Shown in pieces: positions 16,515 to 29,736 of a stretch of DNA of 64,000 nucleotides. Both the position numbers and the translations under genes were made by a program. Below the pieces are notes generated by a model that was given only the letters and a program-made list of their open reading frames with translations, had not been told where the DNA came from and searched no databases. Where the stretch lies: NCBI GenBank assembly GCA_951406725.2, contig OX597828.1, positions 21,576,001 through 21,640,000 on the forward strand. Direction: 5' to 3'. How positions within the stretch are numbered: position 1 is the first letter of the stretch; the number at the start of each line of letters is the position of its first letter. Origin of the DNA: Octopus vulgaris (lineage: Eukaryota).

Positions 16515-17216
16515 TATATACATACATATATTCGACGGGCTTCTTTCAGTTTCCGTCTACCAAATCTATTCCTAAAGCTTTGGCCGGCCAAGGGTTAAAG
16601 CACAAGACATTTATCCTAAGGTGTCACGCAATAAAACCGAAACCAGAATCATGTGGCTGGGAAGCAATCTTCTTACCACACAGCCATGTCTGCGCCTATG
16701 TTCTTTTTTTTTCTTCTCATTCTTATATTCCACAATTCTGGAATAATCTCCAATACTGCCGTATCAGGTGAGGCATTATTTCATGGCTCAAACAGGTCAG
16801 CTGGAGACTCTTTGCTTAATTGCTTATTTACCAAACCTCAAAACGATCTGCCGTTACTGCATGCATTTCAGTTTTCGAAAAGTGCAGTATTTTTTTTTTT
16901 TAGCAGAAACTTTCATCTTGTACCGCAATTAAAGAACCCATGAGACTCGCTTTCAGTTACCATTCCGCAGTCCGTTGCAATAATTATCTTTCTATTTCTT
17001 CTCTAGCCAGTCTTTTCTTATTTTGCACATATATGGATTTTCTTTTCATAGCATTGTATAGTCCAATTTTTTAAAAGCTTACTTTCTTTTTAAACCGTTT
17101 TCTCTATTTTTGCTTTCGTTTTTTTCTACCTGTTTATATTTGTTGGCTTACTTCAAGTTAGAAAACTGTTTATAAATGCATTCACAATTTGACGAGCAAA
17201 AGCACAAACGTACGTA

Positions 17217-18098
17217 CGAGGACCGATCAATAAGTATCCGGACTATTGCCGCAGTAACAAAGTGAAAGCATTCAGAGTGAAGCTGCTTAGCACAGATTGA
17301 CCTTGACCTCTGCTGTGCATGGACTTTAAGCTTTAACGTTCTAGCTCACTTCTCCTATGTACAGTAGTGTTTGGAAGTAACGTGTATAACGTGTGATCGT
17401 CGCATTGACCATGACAGAAAGTGTTGTCATGGAGATACCTTCTCAGTAGCCAACGCAAATTTGCGGAAAGTGTATGGAGAGGAGTGCACAAATGTAGAGT
17501 TGTTCTGACGTTTCGAAGTTGGCCGAAAAAATGTCGATATTGACGAGCGTTGTGGGAGACAAACAACCAGCAGAACTGAGAAAAGCATCGCAGATGTGCG
17601 TGCAGCTGTGAGGGGTTATAGTCGAATCATCGTCTGTGAGTTATCAGAGGATGTTCAGATTAGTTACAGTTCAGTTCAGTCCATTATCACTGAAGATTTG
17701 AATATGAGAGGCGTGTTTGCCAAATTTGTGCCAAAACTGCGTTTAGCTGACCAAAAAACACGCGGGTTTCAGTTGCACAAGATCTCCTTGATTGTATCGG
17801 GAAGGATGAAAACTTTTCAAAAATGTTTGGTAGGTCTCTGAGCAAGTTTCATCAAGCTTTTGGCAAAATCTGATGCAGATTCTCTTCTCAACTTTCACCG
17901 TCATGGTCAATGCGACGATCACACGTTGCACACGTTACTTCCAAGCACTGCTGTAAATAGCGGAAGTAAGCTAGAACATTAAAACTTAGTGCGCATGCAC
18001 AGCAAAATTTAAAGTCAATCTCTGCTGAGCAGCTTCACTCAGCGTGCTTTAGCTTCGTTACTATGACAACAGTCCGGATACTTACTGATCAGGCCACA
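17217..18098. mobile_element. Mariner-derived foldback element (two 5' ends in inverted orientation)
   Basis: TA on both sides and ~200-bp inverted arms. The left arm continues into transposase remnants (ISYSSVQSIITEDLNMRGVFAKFVPKL). The right arm encodes the transposase N-terminus MTVKVEKRICIRFCQKL on the minus strand. Confidence 0.85.
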
Positions 18099-18705
18099 TA
18101 TACGACATTAACAAAATCATCATCACCAATTACTAGTTATTCCTTTGCTAGCGTTGCAAGTCCAAAAGAAATATTGGACATCAGTCAAGAAATAGAGAAA
18201 GAAGTGTGGGTGAGATTTATGGCAAGAAAAAGTGATTATTTATCCCAGAAATTTGTATATTTATACAGAAAAGGTTGAGGAAGAAGCTCACATACATTTT
18301 TAAGACCGTGAATTAATTAACCCAGGAGAGAAACAGTATTTGAAATATTACGTATGTCTCGGCAAGAGATTTTCGTAGTGGCGTTAAAATGTGGCTTGGA
18401 ATATCGGTGCATGTGAGATGGCCTACAAAAACAGATTATCATCATCATTATTCTCTCTTCGCTTTACGATATCTGCAGTGTTGTGATAATTTTTCACCAT
18501 TTAAAAAAAAAAAATTATATATTTTAAATCTTCAAACATTTTCTATTTTTATATTGATCATGTAAGTCTAATTAGATTTAAGATATTACATTCTCCCCCT
18601 CCTCCTCCTCCTCCTCATTATCATTATCATCATCATCAAAAACAAAAACAGCAACGACAAAAATAATGATAATGATGAGGGTGATGATGAAGATGATGAT
18701 GATGA

Positions 18706-18738
<33 letters not shown>

Positions 18739-20076
18739 CACCACCACTACTACTACTGATAACAATTTCTAATTTTGGTATAAGGCCAGTAATTTTGAGA
18801 GGAGAGAGAAGTCGATTGAAATGACCCCAGTGTTTGACTTGTGCGTAATTTTATCGACCCAAAATGATGGAAAGCAAAGTAGACCTCAGAGTATTTTGAA
18901 TTGAGAATATATAAAAAAAAAACAAGCTCAAAGACATACTGCTAAGCATTTTGTCCGACGCACTAACTATTCTGCTAGCTCGACGCTTCAGTGCAGAGGG
19001 TGAGGAGAAGAATTATCGAGAATAGTGCGTGAGAAAAGAAGTCTCAGTTGTTATACAACTTTAAGTGACAGACAACTGAATGACTTCTACTTAGAAGAAA
19101 CAGACTAAAAATGGCGGTAGGTAGTATTAATGACGTCTTAGGTGTAAGGCCATGATAATTGCAACCGATACTACTACAGCACAACCAGTCAGGTTTATGT
19201 GAACAAACAGATCGAAATGAAATGAAATCACCCTCTCCTGGTCGCTATTAGCATCAGGTCTCAAGAATAAGGTGAGACACTGAGAACGAAGAGGGTCTGT
19301 TTCTCATCACGGTACTAGCCCGGGGTTATAAACTGTAGTAATGACCAGTCACTTTAGGGAGGGTGCAAACAATAGTGTAGAGGAACATAGAAAGTTATGG
19401 GGGGCAATAAGAAAAGTGGGGGAAAAATATGCGAACCGGAACAAATGCAATGAAAATCTGGAAGACTACGAGCTCGGTAGGGTTGCCAGTTTATTCGCCG
19501 ACAGCTCGACTGTACGACAGGTTTTACTAGATTAGATTTTACCAGTAGCACTAAGACTAACCTGGTATTGTCATGAGATTATTATGGAGGGGGCTCGGTA
19601 GGATAGTTAGAGCGCCGGGAAAAATGATTAACGGCATTTCGTTCGTGTTTATGTTCTGAGTTTGAGTTCCGCAACAGTCCATTTTGCCTTTCATTCTTTC
19701 GGGATGGATAAGATGAATACCAGCTGGACACTGGGCTCTTTGTAATTGGCTTACCCCCGCCCATACAAACTGCTGGCTTGTGCCAAAATTTAAATCCATT
19801 ATTATGATTATAATAACAACAATCTTTGTTGCTGTAATTACTTGGCAGAATCGTCGAAATGTTTGGCGGTATTTCGTTCGTCTTCAAGTTCAAATTCCGC
19901 CAAGGTCGACTTTACGTTTGATCCTTTCGGGGTCGATAAAATAAGTACCAACTGTGTAGTAGGGTCGATGTAATCGACATACTCCTTCTCCCAACTTTTA
20001 AGCCTTGTGCCTAAAGTAGAAAGGATCATTAATTTATGGCAGCGCGTTCGCAGAATCGTTAATGCGTGGGATAAGA

Positions 20077-20432
20077 CGTGTGCAGAGAATTCGTCAGTAG
20101 ACAATTTTACGACAGAGAATTCACCGACAAACAATTCTACAACAGACTATTCGCCGACAGAACAATTCTTCGACATACAATTCTACGACAGACAATTCAC
20201 CGACAGACAATTCGCCGACAGACAATTCGCCGACAGACAATTCCCACACGGCCTCAGACTCAACACAGAGGCCTGCATCAAATGCCTGGAGGAGGTTGTG
20301 CTGCCCTATGTTAAGAGGGTGGCTACTGGAACGCCCAATGTCTGGCAACAGGGCTCTACACCATACCACACAATTGTCCTGTCTGTAAGTTATCTGTGGG
20401 CCAACTGTCTTTCGAAGAATTGTTCATCTACC
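20077..20432. mobile_element. Non-autonomous DNA-element remnant with 15-bp subterminal tandem repeats and a Tc1/mariner transposase fragment
   Basis: ~10 copies of GACAATTC(G/A/T)CCGACA-like units (20090-20243), then GLRLNTEACIKCLEEVVLPYVKRVATGTPNVWQQGSTPYH, then degenerate inverted units. Confidence 0.55.
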
Positions 20433-20802
20433 AGGATACGATCCTTTGCGGCACTTCTAGTTCTTTACGTTCTAAGATCAAATTCTGCCGACGTCGACTT
20501 TGACTTTCATCCTGTCAAGGCCGATAAAGTAAGTCCCCTAACCCAGTAGTATTTCTTTACATTCTGAGTTAATGTTGCTCCGAGGCCGGACGCAGCGTTT
20601 CGTCCGCTGAGGTCGATAAAACATTATATCAGTCAAGCAGTGGAGTGGTTACAGTCGACTTCTAACTATTCTCAAAATTACTTGCTTGGTATCAAAATTA
20701 TCATCATCATCATCGTCGTCGTCGTCGTCATCATCATTGTCATCATCATCATCATTGTCGTAGTCGTTGTCGTCATCGCCGGTGTCGTCGACGTCATCAT
20801 CC

Positions 20803-20834
<32 letters not shown>

Positions 20835-20880
20835 GCTATCGTCGTTAGTATCATTATTATTGTTATTATTATTATTATTA

Positions 20881-20936
<56 letters not shown>

Positions 20937-21767
20937 GTCATTAGTATTGTTGGTGTTGTAATATCTTAAATATAATTAGACTTACATGATCAATATAAAA
21001 ATAAAAAGCGATTAAAGATTAAAAATATATAAAAATTCTGGAAAAAAAGACTGCGAAAAAGTACCGCAACACTGCAGATATTATAAAGCAAAGAGTGAAT
21101 AATTTTCACTTGATCTTTCGACGATATAAATATATAAATCTATAAATAAATAAGTAATGAAATAAATTAATAATTAATACATATACAGACAATTATAGAA
21201 AATATAAAATATTTTAACGAAATAAATTTTATTATCAAATATAATATGAAATATAAAATGAAACTCAGTCGACATGATAAAAATTAATATTTAAAGAATG
21301 CATGTAGTATTCGTGTGAAAAATACTAAGCGAAATATATAAATGCATCGCAAAAATTCATAAATGTCTCGTAAAAATGCATAAATACATGGCAAAAATTA
21401 CCAAATAAACAAGAAGAAAGTTTTCAAGATGGCAGCCATCAAAATAATCATATAAATCACTGCAGCAGTCATTTTACTTTCTGTTAAAAGATTTCTTGTC
21501 GTTGATTGGTGCTTGCTAAGAAAGATGTGGAACGGGAAAAAAATGCGCAAGAAACGCAGATTCACTCAAAATTACATTGATAATTATTCATTTGGTTTAA
21601 TTCACATTGGATTGAATAATTTGTATGTTATTAGTTCTTTTGCGTTTTCATTTCGTCGAGAACATATATTTTTTAGTTTCAGATTTCTATATTTCCTTTG
21701 CACTTCTCATCCTTCAATTTATTATTGTTGCTGTTTTATATTAATGTCTTGTTGTTGCTGTTGCTGT

Positions 21768-22116
21768 TGAGCGTAGCGGTCTTCGCCCCAGAGTGGGAGA
21801 AGTCCGAAACGTGGTCCTTTGCTATTCGTAAGACTTGCAGAAGAGAAAGCAGGTCAACCCCCGACACCGAGTGCATCGACGGATGGATGAATGCGCATCC
21901 AGTCTCAGCGCAAGAAACAGGACAAGAAACAGGAAAAAAGAGTGAGAGAAAGTTGGGGCGAAAGAGTACAACAGGGGTCGCGGCCACCCCCCTGCCGGAA
22001 ACTCGTGGAGCTTTAGGTGTTTTCGCTCAATGAAAACAACGCCCGGTCTGGGAATCGAAACCCCGATCCTCCGCCCGCGAGTCCGCTGCCCTAACCACTG
22101 GGCCATTGCGCCTCCA
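21768..22116 (-). mobile_element. tRNA-derived SINE-B with (CAA/CAG)n tail
   Basis: Head TGGAGGCGCAATGGCCCAGTGGTTAGG (box A) ... TTCGATTCC (box B) on the minus strand. Confidence 0.88.
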
Positions 22117-22700
22117 CTTGTTACTGTCGTTGGCTCTTTTGATACTTCGATAAAGCAACTATCATTGTTAATTATGCTTTTTGCTTTTTGTTGGTAGAAT
22201 AACAGTTTGTTAAGTAACTGCAGGTACTAATGTAGTAGTAGCAGCATCAGTAGCAGCAGAAGAAACAGCGGTTGCTGTAGTTATTGTTTTATGTTATTGC
22301 ATAGCCTCATGTTAACCCTGTTCATATATTGTTTAGGAACGCCCAGTAATGCTAACCTGTTGTCTAAAATACCTTAAATAATGGAATTTTTCTGTTCGAC
22401 TCTCAGACATTATTTCACTTTATTGGATTGGGAAAATATTTACAACATCAAAACGGCCAAAGAAGAATTACGGAATAGAAGGTGCATATAGGCCATTCAA
22501 GAACGCACAAGAACTGGTAACTTCTCTTAAACATATTGGCCCAACTACGGCTGTGTGGTAAGAAGTTTGCTTTCAAACCACATGGTTTCGGGTTCAGTCC
22601 CATTGCGTGGTACCTTGAGACAATTGTCTTCTACTATACACTCGGACTGACCAAAGCGTTGTGAGAGTATTTTGTAGACGGAAACTGAAAGAAGTCCGTC

Positions 22701-22731
<31 letters not shown>

Positions 22732-22752
22732 TGTATGCATGTATGTATGTCA

Positions 22753-23299
22753 GGTCACTTTTGAGTGCTACTGGTATCATGTAACCCAGTAAAACCTGTT
22801 GCATGGTCGGGTCGTCGGCGACTAAACCGGCAACCCCACCAAGCTTGCTTGGTGAGGAGGGTGTTTATTGGACACCATGCGGGATGAAAAACAAAACCCG
22901 TCAAAGGGCGGAGGAACTCTTGAGAGTCAACGGCCATCCAATAAATGTCTTAAGGCTGGATCATACGCGGGTACATAGAAATAATCGGACTGAATACCCG
23001 ATCGCGCGGTTAAACCATTGGGATTGAAGGACTCCTAGCCTTTGTTAGGGCATCCTTCTAGGAGAAGGTAACTCAGGTAACTGGGATAACTCCGACATAA
23101 AACCTGCGGCTCAGTGGTTACCAATGATGTTGACTTGTTCTTCTTTTCGGATTATGGCTGCTGTTGCTTAGTGAGTGGGATTGACTCAGTGCACAGCCTT
23201 TCCCCACTTAAAAAAAAATCTTGCACAGGCATTGCACGATAACAACATTGATTAAGCTTCGTGCAATGGTCATACTCGATAACGAGGGGGCTGCCACCA
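22753..23299 (+). mobile_element. Non-coding RTE-related retroposon within (TATG)n
   Basis: GC-richer 550-bp block with AGGGCATCCTTCTAGGAGAAGGTAACTC, which resembles RTE 5' regions; (ATGT)n on both sides. Confidence 0.45.
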
Positions 23300-23391
23300 T
23301 GTATGTATGTTTGTATGTATGTATGTATGTATGTATGTATGCATGTATGTATGTATGTATGTATGTATGTATGTATGTACGTATGTATGTA

Positions 23392-23424
<33 letters not shown>

Positions 23425-23704
23425 CTTTGTGTCTGTGTTTGTCACCCGCTGCAAGTTGATAAGTGGCGTTGGTATGTTTCTATCCTCATAACTTAGTGAT
23501 TTGGCAAGGAAGAGGGATAGAATAAATACCAGGATTTAAAATATGATTTCTGGGTTCGATTCATTCCACAGAAAGCCCTTGAAGGTGGTATCCCATCATG
23601 GCCTTCTGTCTGTATGTTTGTATATTTGTACGCACGTCCGTATGTATGTATGCATATATATGTATATATATATATATATATGCACACACACATCTGTAAG
23701 CATG

Positions 23705-23787
<83 letters not shown>

Positions 23788-24210
23788 CTCGATCCAACCA
23801 TCGACCAATCCAAACCTCTCAATCTATCTATCTATGTGTCTATGTATCTATCTGTCTGTCTGTCTGTGTGCATGTGTGTATATGTGCGTGCATGTCTTTG
23901 TGTTACATCCTGCACTTCTTGACAATCGGTATTGTTTATGAAGATACGCACACATATACAGATAGTATTTCTTTATTACCCATAAGGGTTAAAAAATAGA
24001 CCCAACTCTTTCACAGGCACAGAGGTATGCGCACCCCCCACACATAAGCACACACATACATACACACACATACATAGGATTTAAAGATATGGCCGTTATT
24101 TCGTGCATGGCGAATGACCACATAGAAGCGCGTTCCTTTCTGTTTTGGCTATTATTAATGTTAGTGTTACTGAAAACTTTTCCATGTTGTTGTTGTTGTT
24201 GCTGTTGCTG

Positions 24211-24563
24211 TTGAGCGAACGGTCTTCGTCCCAGAGCTTGCAAGATAGCAGAAGTCCGAAACGTGGTCCTTTGCTATTCGTAAGACCCACCAAAGAGAAA
24301 GCAGGTCAACCCCCGACACCAAGAGCATCGACGGATGGATGAATGCGCATCCAGGCTCAGCGGTTGCGTAGAAAGTCGGGGACAAGAAACAAGAAGAAAG
24401 AGTGAGAGAAAGTTGGTGCGAAAGAGTACAACAGGGGTTCACACCCCACTGCCGGAGACGCGTGGAGCTTTAGATGTTTTCGCTCAATAAACACACACAA
24501 CGCCCGGTCTGGGAATCGAAACCGCGAGTCCGCTGCCCTAACCACTGAGCCATTGCGCCTCCA
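24211..24563 (-). mobile_element. tRNA-derived SINE-B copy
   Basis: Homologous over its length to 21768-22116. Confidence 0.87.
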
Positions 24564-24595
24564 TATTATTTATGTTGCTAATATGGGTGCTGTAA

Positions 24596-24983
24596 GGCGG
24601 CGAGCTGGCAGAAACGTTAGCACGCCGGGCGAAGTGCTTAGCGTAACGTCTGCCGTTACGTTCTGAGTTCAAATTCCGCCGAGGTCGACTTTGCCTTTCA
24701 TCCTTTCGGGGTCGATAAATTAAGTACCAGTTACGCACTGGGGTCGATGAAATCGACTTAATCCCTTTGTCTGTCCTTGTTTGTCCCCTCTATGTTTAGT
24801 CCCTTGTGGGCAATAAAGAAATAAGAAACTTTAGCACGCCGGGCGAAACGCTTAGCGGTATTTCGTCATGTCTTTACGTTCTGAGTTCAAATTCCGCCGA
24901 GGTCACCTTTGCCTTTCATCCTTTCGGGCTCGATAAATTAAGTACCAGTTGCGTACTGGGGACGATCTAATCGACTAGCCCCA
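24596..24983 (+). mobile_element. Two tandem SINE-A copies
   Basis: Same head/core sequence repeated head-to-tail. Confidence 0.87.
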
Positions 24984-26249
24984 GATAATGTTTCTGACAG
25001 TTCGCCGCCTTAATATATCTAGAACTATGTTGTCATGGTTCATTTCGTCTTTTGGTTTTTTTTAGCAAGGTTGCCAACGATGTAACGAAATTTTGCTGTT
25101 ATGTCCAGGAGCAAATCTAGAACGACCGCATGAGGTTCCATAATTACTTTATTCACCATAATCACCACTCCTTTGATATTAGTGTCTCGAGTCCTAGGAC
25201 GAATAGGGTCAGTCACTCAGTTTCCACCTCACCTAAGTGTCCGAGATCACAGTTCCTCTGAACATGGCGCTGTTCAGTTGCAGAGTTACTCATTTACTGT
25301 TGAGTGAATTGTGGCAACAAGAAATCAACGATGTGTATTGGCCAAGAAACCAAGGCACCACCCTGTTTGGGAATCAAACCACAATCTTGCAATCGTGAGT
25401 GCAACACATTTACCACTAAAAATCCACACATCTTCACCTTTGTTACCTGATTGGCTTGTTATTATGATTGTTGTTGATAATTGTCCATTATTAAGTTAAG
25501 TTGGTTTGCTTTTACTTTCTGCCATTTTGCAATATTTGTTACTGCCGTTTAAATTGTATAAAACTGAACGAGAAATTAATTAAATCACTTCAGATTTGAT
25601 CAAATAATTCTTACTTTAGATTTATTGATGTTTTTCTAACAAATTTCTCCATTCTTCCCTTACCGAAACACCCCCAAAACATCATCAAACGACTATGTTT
25701 CTTTTTTTACTCAATTCTTTTCTAAAACATAAATGCGTTATATAGAATTTAGCTGAGTGGAATATTTCTTAACAAGATATTTTGTTGCTATATTTTACAA
25801 TTGACACCGTTTTTAATAAAGTTACAATTCCATTTCATAACATCTTCTCTCAATATTTGAATTCTAATCAGTTGAAGGCAAATAACTACAATGGATTATG
25901 TGTGTGTGTCTGTGTGTGTGTAAATATGCAAGTTTGGGTGCAAGTGTGCGTGAATATGGGCGATTGCATGCGTGTGTATGTTTTTGTGTATGATATATAT
26001 ATATATATATATATACATAACTTGTTCGATAGCAAAGCCTTATGTAAATATATCACTATACACATATGAATATGTACCGATTGCGTACTCAAATGTGTTT
26101 GCGTGTATATATATATATATGTGTGTGTGTGTGTATCTGTATTCGTGTGTGGTGTATATATATATATACACGTAAATATATAATTTGGCGTTCCAAAAGT
26201 ACAATATATATGTATTACACATCCACATATATCTAGATTCAGATACATA

Positions 26250-26297
<48 letters not shown>

Positions 26298-26302
26298 GCA
26301 TA

Positions 26303-26351
<49 letters not shown>

Positions 26352-26528
26352 GTATATATATATATATATATGCATGTTTGTTTGTATGTATGTATATATC
26401 ATACAAGCATAGGGTTGTATACATATGTACGCTTGTAATCGCGTCCACATTGATATAAATTTATTAATTTTAAAGTCACAAAAGAAAATAAGCATTACAC
26501 CCGTAGCAATTGTGTATGAGAATGAAAT

Positions 26529-26574
<46 letters not shown>

Positions 26575-26623
26575 TATATATATACATATATATATATACA
26601 CATATATATATACATATTTATAT

Positions 26624-26670
<47 letters not shown>

Positions 26671-26671
26671 C

Positions 26672-26718
<47 letters not shown>

Positions 26719-26753
26719 CATATATATATATATAAATATATGAATATATATAT

Positions 26754-26842
<89 letters not shown>

Positions 26843-27215
26843 CGCTAATAGACCAGGTTTTTACTACTGGGAGGTAGAGAACTTTAGGTGGCGTCCAAAG
26901 TTTCGTAAATTAAACATGTGTAACAAACTATGGATAGAAATGTACTCTACACAATTGTACGGAAGACAGACTAAAGGAACATTCTTGTTTTTATTCCATA
27001 GACCTAGCACCTCATCCTTTTCGTACCACCCCATAAAACCCTGTCGTTTAAGTAGCGAAATGCGAACCTTTTCCTATATTCTAGACAGATTCCTGGCACG
27101 AGAATAATCTCGCTCTCCCTTACGTACCCTGAAATTTCCACTTAAAACCATGGGCGCATGCTCTTTCTTTCTTGATTTTGCCATATCAAAAAAATCAAGC
27201 ATTTATCCAGTCTCA

Positions 27216-27303
<88 letters not shown>

Positions 27304-28326
27304 AATCTTTGGCACCGAGAGTGTCGCCGAGCTCTACAGTAGCTCTGCTGCCCGGGATCAAACTTGTGCAACTTCCAAACGACCAACGCGTTCTATAGAG
27401 TGGAGGGGAGGTCCGACGACACACTCGGGGCAAACCTGGGCGTCGACGAGAAATTCCTAACCCGCCTGTTCAGGACGACGTTCGGGCCAGGGCCTATGGA
27501 TAACTTCCAAAGATCCCTGGCTTGGCAATGCTATCGGGACGCACTACCAGTTCGAGAGAAGAGCTACAGACACGGTTCGAAGACCACCGGACCGACCTGC
27601 CCGAGGTGCGGTCAGAGCGACTAAACTGTTCTGCACGCACACGTGCAGTGTCCAGATACTTCAGAGCTCTGGACCTTCGTCGAACAGCTGGTGTCGCGTG
27701 TGGGATGGGCCCGCTTATCAGCTGAGTCTATCGTGAATATTGTTCCGCCACCTTCCTTTAAACGGGAAGGAAAAACAGTTTTCGTAACACTGATAGCTAT
27801 GGCGAAAAATGCATGTGTTGGACGCGTTTGAAAAGCCTACAAACAAACACTTTCCTCTTTGGTCAGTCTCTCGTCAACTTTTTCAAGTACCACTTGAAAA
27901 GGAGGATGAAAATAGAGAGGAAAGTATTGTCGAATGAAAGTTTCAATATAAAATGGGTAAATGTGGCAAGAATGGTCAGTATGAAAGACGACACCATTTT
28001 AAGCATAAATCCGTAACAAAAAGAGAAAACGAGAGAAAAGGTTCTTACTCTTATGGACATTTTGAACTGTCTGAGGTGACCTTGGTCTTTTGTGTAGGTT
28101 TTTCTTTCCAAGGCTACACCTAAACTGTAAACAATATCGTTTCCCTACTCCTTTTTTGGAACTTTATATATATATGTATTTCCTTTTTTGTTCATAACAC
28201 AGCCCAACGATCCCTATTGATCGGACTTTTCTTTATGTGTCCCACCCATCCCACCTCGAAAAGAAAAACTCTACATTGTATTTCGTCTATTTTCTGTGTT
28301 TAGCCCTGTGTGGCTATAATAAAAAC
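27304..28326 (+). mobile_element. L1/Tx1-like LINE 3' fragment embedded in (TATC)n
   Basis: Decayed zf-RVT region W..YRDALPV...CPRCGQSD*TVLHAHVQC...W, a T-rich 3' UTR and AATAAA; (TATC)n on both sides. Confidence 0.8.
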
Positions 28327-28328
28327 AC

Positions 28329-28465
<137 letters not shown>

Positions 28466-28512
28466 GCTAGCTAGCTAGCTAGGTAGCTATCTATTTATCT
28501 ATCTATCTATCT

Positions 28513-29130
28513 AAATAAGGCTGTGAGAGCACCAAAAGTTCCAGAGTGTTTCCCTGATACAGGACTCCATCAGTTTTGGCGATGCAGCTAGTAAGGCTGA
28601 CTGGACAGTAGTTGACAGGTGATGTGCGATCACCTGTTTTGAACAGGGGAATAACACTGACAATTTTCCAGTGCTCTGAAGTGAAACAGTTGTTAAGCAG
28701 AATTGACAAAAGGAAGAAAGATGGTGCAATAGAAAGAACCTACATTTGAGAAGAAAATAAGTTACACCATCAAGACCAGGAGAGGCCTAGTTGCGCATAT
28801 TCTTGAGGTGGTGTCACAGCATTGTGAATGTGAATTTCACAGATATTATGGAATTTGATGTCAGAGTTGGTGAAGAAGATACATTGGGGTTATCAGAAGT
28901 AAAAATGCCATCATAGCATTAAGCAATAAGCTCAGTGCATTCCTTGGCTTCATCAGTCATCAGACTTGTGTGGGGATCGTAAAGAGGGCCAGCTAGGGAG
29001 TGAGAACTCTGTTTTGAACACATATTTTCAGAACACTTTGCTGTCAGGGCTAGTTGCTAGTTGTTATACATCATTCAAACTCAAGCACTGCCTTTTTCGT
29101 TTAGATGATCTGTTGCATCTTCTTCTGCTC
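28513..29130 (-). pseudogene. Decayed CR1/L2-type RT fragment
   Basis: WKIVSVIPLFKTGDRTSPVNYCPVSLTSCIAK(frameshift)LMESCI on the minus strand. Confidence 0.8.
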
Positions 29131-29202
29131 TCATCTGTTCTATGCTGTGTGTATTTCTGTTCAGCATCACAACGATCTTTCCTGGGAAGTCGAACAGCTG
29201 CA

Positions 29203-29345
29203 GGAATTTTCCAGGAAGTCTCAACCTCGGTTCCATGAAATCCTCGGAATTTTCCAGGAAGTCTCATCCTCGGAACTTTCCATGAAATCCTCGGAATTTT
29301 ACAGGAAGTGTCATCCTCGGAACTTTCCATGAAATACTAGGAATA
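29203..29345. repeat. 47-bp minisatellite, 3 copies
   Basis: Unit GGAATTTTCCAGGAAGTCTCATCCTCGGAACTTTCCATGAAATCCTC; starts at 29203, 29246, 29293. Confidence 0.92.
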
Positions 29346-29736
29346 CTAGATGCTGGTCATGCTGTTGTTCTTGTTTGCTGCTACTGTTGTTGTTGTTGTC
29401 ACATACTTTTTATTTTGACGCTACTTTGCTTCCGAAGTTGGTTAGTCATAAATTCCCTTGGGACCTGGCATATATTTTTTATATTTATCGCATCATTTAG
29501 ACCACCCCCAATCCCAAATCAACAACTAAAAAGACAAAGACAAAACACGCAGAAACACACCTGATAGTGATTAGATGGAATGTAGTAATGATGGAATTAT
29601 TCCAGTCCAATATTGAAAATAGAAGTCTGAAAATAAGAAATGCAATATTATTTCAAACACATCTCATGAATATTACACGGTGTTTTACTAACTGTGTCAC
29701 ATCTCTCCCCCTGCATTAAAATGCATTAATTCTTAA

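Noticed and set aside
20090-20243. Regularly spaced repeats resembling a CRISPR array
   Set aside because: Contiguous 15-bp units with no unique spacers, no cas genes, and a eukaryotic context.
21420-21560. YY1-like (AAGATGGC) and CCAAT motifs suggesting a promoter
   Set aside because: Short motifs expected by chance; no linked gene identified.
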